Shown here: in pieces, positions 39,737-41,887 of the stretch
How positions within the stretch are numbered: position 1 is the first letter of the stretch
Layout of the letters: each line of letters starts with the position of its first letter
Assembly (NCBI GenBank): GCA_041746255.1
Contig: JBGTHM010000008.1
Coordinates: 1-41,887 of the forward strand
Reading direction: 5' to 3'
Origin: Fibrobacteria bacterium
Lineage (GTDB): Bacteria; Fibrobacterota; Fibrobacteria; UBA11236
DNA: 41,887 nucleotides
Made by a program: the position numbers and the translations under genes
Notes under the pieces: generated by a model
The model's database searches: none
What the model was told of the DNA's origin: nothing
What the model saw: only the letters and a program-made list of their open reading frames with translations

Positions 39737-40804
39737 ATGCGAAACATTAAATCATCATTTGCTTTTTTCGTGGTAAGTATCATACTTGCATCCGCAGCGA
39801 TTGCCGCCCCTAAAAAAGTTCTGCACGTTTATAAACTTGGCAATTATTCTCACAAGGACGCATGGGTTCCTGTTGAAACTATGCTTGACCAGCTGGCCAC
39901 GGAAAAGGGGTTCACGGTTTCTCATGTCAGCAACCAAAATGGATTGAATCAGATTGATGATTTTGATTTAGTCGTATTCAATAATGCCGGGCAAAATTCG
40001 TTTAGTGATAACGCCATTCGGGCAAAAATCGTCGCCTATATGGAGGGTGGCGGCAAGGCTATAGGCTACCACGCTTCCAGTGATCATCGAGGATATTGGG
40101 CTTGGTGGGATACTGAACTTCACAGCGGGACCCGATTTACAAGTCATGGTAACAGCGCGTTTCTTTTGGATTTAGATCCGGAAATAAAAAAGAATCCGGC
40201 TATGGATAAAGTTTGGACAGAAGAAGGTCTGGGTAATCTTACTTCAATACAGAAAACCGAAATTTATATCCTAACAACGAACCCCCGTGGTAAGCCGGGT
40301 GTTACCATGCTGCAAACCGTCAATAAAGCCAACACGAATATTGCTGATCATCCTTTTACCTGGGTTAAAAAAATCAAGCAGGGGGAGTATGTCTATACCA
40401 GCCTCGGGCATAATCAGGAAGATTTTAAAGGCGGCTGGATTAAAAAAGCTACCTGGGCCTGGATGCGATACCTTTCAGAGGATAACACTCCTTGCTGTAA
40501 AACTACCGGCTTTGAAGAATATGATGCCGCCTGCAAGAATCCACAGCCTTCGGCATGTATCACAACGGGTATCAGTAAGGTGGCGCTTAAAGAAGCTTTC
40601 GTTGAGTTTGCGCCGGGCAGTCTCGCTATTACCTATCCCAATCCCTATCGAGTAGAGGTCTCAAATATCAAGGGCGAAACGGTAATCGCCCAATCACACA
40701 ACGGCCCCAATGTCTTTTCCTTGTCCGAAGTTAAGCCAGGGCTATATTTTGTTAAGGTCATCGCCTCGGGTAAATCGGTCAATAAAAGAGTGCTAATTAA
40801 ATAA
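39737..40804 (+). CDS. Secreted ThuA-like (class I GATase-like fold) protein with Cys-rich linker and T9SS type A-like C-terminal domain
   Basis: GGAGG RBS; signal peptide; FDLVVFNN, GGGKAIGYHASSD, YTSLGH; tail VEVSNIKGETV...KPGLYFVKV...KRVLIK. Confidence 0.85.
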   Translation: MRNIKSSFAFFVVSIILASAAIAAPKKVLHVYKLGNYSHKDAWVPVETMLDQLATEKGFTVSHVSNQNGLNQIDDFDLVVFNNAGQNSFSDNAIRAKIVAYMEGGGKAIGYHASSDHRGYWAWWDTELHSGTRFTSHGNSAFLLDLDPEIKKNPAMDKVWTEEGLGNLTSIQKTEIYILTTNPRGKPGVTMLQTVNKANTNIADHPFTWVKKIKQGEYVYTSLGHNQEDFKGGWIKKATWAWMRYLSEDNTPCCKTTGFEEYDAACKNPQPSACITTGISKVALKEAFVEFAPGSLAITYPNPYRVEVSNIKGETVIAQSHNGPNVFSLSEVKPGLYFVKVIASGKSVNKRVLIK

Positions 40805-40829
40805 CCAGGACTTACAACGAATCTCGAAC

Positions 40830-40856
40830 GGGCTGCCTGAATGGGGCAGCCCTTTT
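40830..40856 (+). terminator. Rho-independent terminator
   Basis: GGGCTGCC-TGAATGG-GGCAGCCC followed by TTTT, downstream of the ThuA-like gene. Confidence 0.7.
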
Positions 40857-41042
40857 GCGTTGTAGCAAATGGCGGAATGTCCATTAGGAAATTTACCGAC
40901 ACAAGCATTCTTCTCTTAATTTCCAGGTGTAATTCCACAAAGGTTAGCATTTTCTTTGCGCTCCTTGATAGTCGACAACAAAAATCCGGTTTGAAGAGGC
41001 AGGTTCAACTTCTACCCTTGGCGCGGCCCCCAAAATTTTAAT

Positions 41043-41074
41043 CACCCAACTTATCATTTATGTTAAGTTGGGTG
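41043..41074. repeat. 32-bp near-perfect palindrome, 5' exon target of the group II intron
   Basis: CACCCAACTTATCAT-TT-ATGTTAAGTTGGGTG: 15-bp arms with one mismatch. Confidence 0.85.
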
Positions 41075-41887
41075 GTGCGATTGGCATGAACTATGGATAG
41101 GAGGTATCAAATCCAGACCTGGAGCCCTGACGGAGGGAATCCAACACCGATGAGACAAGGGCGTGTATCCGCAAGGATTTTGTCCGTAAGGAGGCGTCTG
41201 GTGGAAGTCGTAGGTGGATGCGTGTCCCGAACGCAAGTGAATCACCGTAAAGCTAATTCGGCGGACAAGCTGGTCACCAGCGGCGAAATCCGATTTCCGT
41301 TCGTAGCCGAAGGAGTATGGGTGGCGGGATGTAGCATCAGGTCCATAGTTCTTACCCAAGGCTCTCCCAGGGGTCCCCGCATGAGCGGGAAGTCAAAGGG
41401 ACACAAGAACCGATGACCATGACCCGTGGGAGGAAGGACAAAGGCGCAGTACCGGAAGCGGGACGAAAGTCACGCTCAACCAAGGCTCGTAATGAGCCAA
41501 GGGGAGGGAAGGCCTTTGCGGTGGAAGAGGGCTGCACACAGTTGGTCCTGTTCGCGAAGTCGGCAGAAGCGAAGTCAAAAGCCGTAAAGGCCAAGACCAA
41601 GGCCCGGGGAGAGCGGGATACGGACCGTATGACGGTTCCAATGCCCCGGGTGCCTTTGTTTGCGGACATGACCGGCAAGAGTGGGCCCACGGAGATGGAA
41701 AGTGTCTGCGCGGGATTGGAGGCGGCGTTGTTGAGCGTGGTTTCAAACCACGGCACGGCAGGGCCCAACCACCAAACCGTGGAGGAGGTGCAGGCGAATT
41801 GGGAGTCCATCAAACCCGAACTTATCCAATTCCTTCTTGATGGAAGCTATAGGCCCGGCGATATCCGGCGCGTATGGATTCCCAAGG
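41075..41887 (+). mobile_element. Group II intron (IIC-like domain I), 3' part outside the window
   Basis: 5' GTGCG...GGCATG; DI closing helix AACTATGGA (41089-97)/TCCATAGTT (41342-50) followed by CTTACCC; DII CTCCCA-G-GGGTC/GACCC-G-TGGGAG; DIII AAAGGC-GCAGTACC...GGAGGGAAG-GCCTTT; RT ORF downstream. Confidence 0.88.
41521..41887 (+). CDS. ltrA: Group II intron reverse transcriptase/maturase, N-terminal part
   Basis: Frame is open from ATG 41413 to the window end. It encodes the RT0/RT1 region AALLSVVSNHGTAGPNHQTVEEV...LLDGSYRPGDIRRVWIPK. Start uncertain (GTG 41521; ATG 41629, 41641, 41668 or 41695). Confidence 0.87.
   Translation, partial: MEEGCTQLVLFAKSAEAKSKAVKAKTKARGERDTDRMTVPMPRVPLFADMTGKSGPTEMESVCAGLEAALLSVVSNHGTAGPNHQTVEEVQANWESIKPELIQFLLDGSYRPGDIRRVWIPK

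Noticed and set aside
41041..41068. Chromosomal dif site
   Set aside because: TTATGTTAAGT matches a XerD arm, but the position of the XerC arm reads ATCACCCAACT and lacks the conserved ATAA end.
41044..41073. Canonical integron attC site
   Set aside because: The core boxes match, but 30 bp is far shorter than known attC sites, with no L boxes, cassette array or integrase visible.
41063..41813. Track ORFs 41063-41359, 41093-41416, 41352-41813 and 41393-41746
   Set aside because: They overlie intron ribozyme domains or are antisense to the RT frame; no protein motifs recognised.

Overview
About 42 kb of bacterial chromosome, gene-dense and mostly moderately GC-rich. The protein families (T9SS-like C-terminal tails, Bacteroidota-like sigma-70, DUF2723, multiple Omp85s) suggest the FCB superphylum, probably Fibrobacterota; this is an inference. 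Left part: a partial DUF2723 membrane glycosyltransferase-like gene, a CNNM/CBS protein, a PHP-GT4 fusion coupled to a six-hairpin glycosidase-like gene, a secreted DUF1593 protein, fumC, an ABC-F ATPase and a secreted LRR protein. The 15.4-37.8 kb centre is dense in outer-membrane assembly, envelope proteolysis and signalling genes: tamB-tamA-like pair, site-2 protease-CBS, a sigma-70 lacking region 1.1, three paralogous stand-alone receiver proteins with no kinase, a metallopeptidase/beta-propeller/Omp85 fusion, PRC/DUF2382 (YsnF-like), an OMP, a second TamA-like paralog with M48 and HtrA proteases, and a Tat-exported PvdN-like PLP enzyme. A lower-GC pair follows (beta-barrel-like protein plus ThuA-like secreted protein). 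The window ends inside a IIC-like group II intron, missing from the ORF track, inserted directly after a 32-bp near-perfect palindrome with attC-core and XerD-arm-like features.
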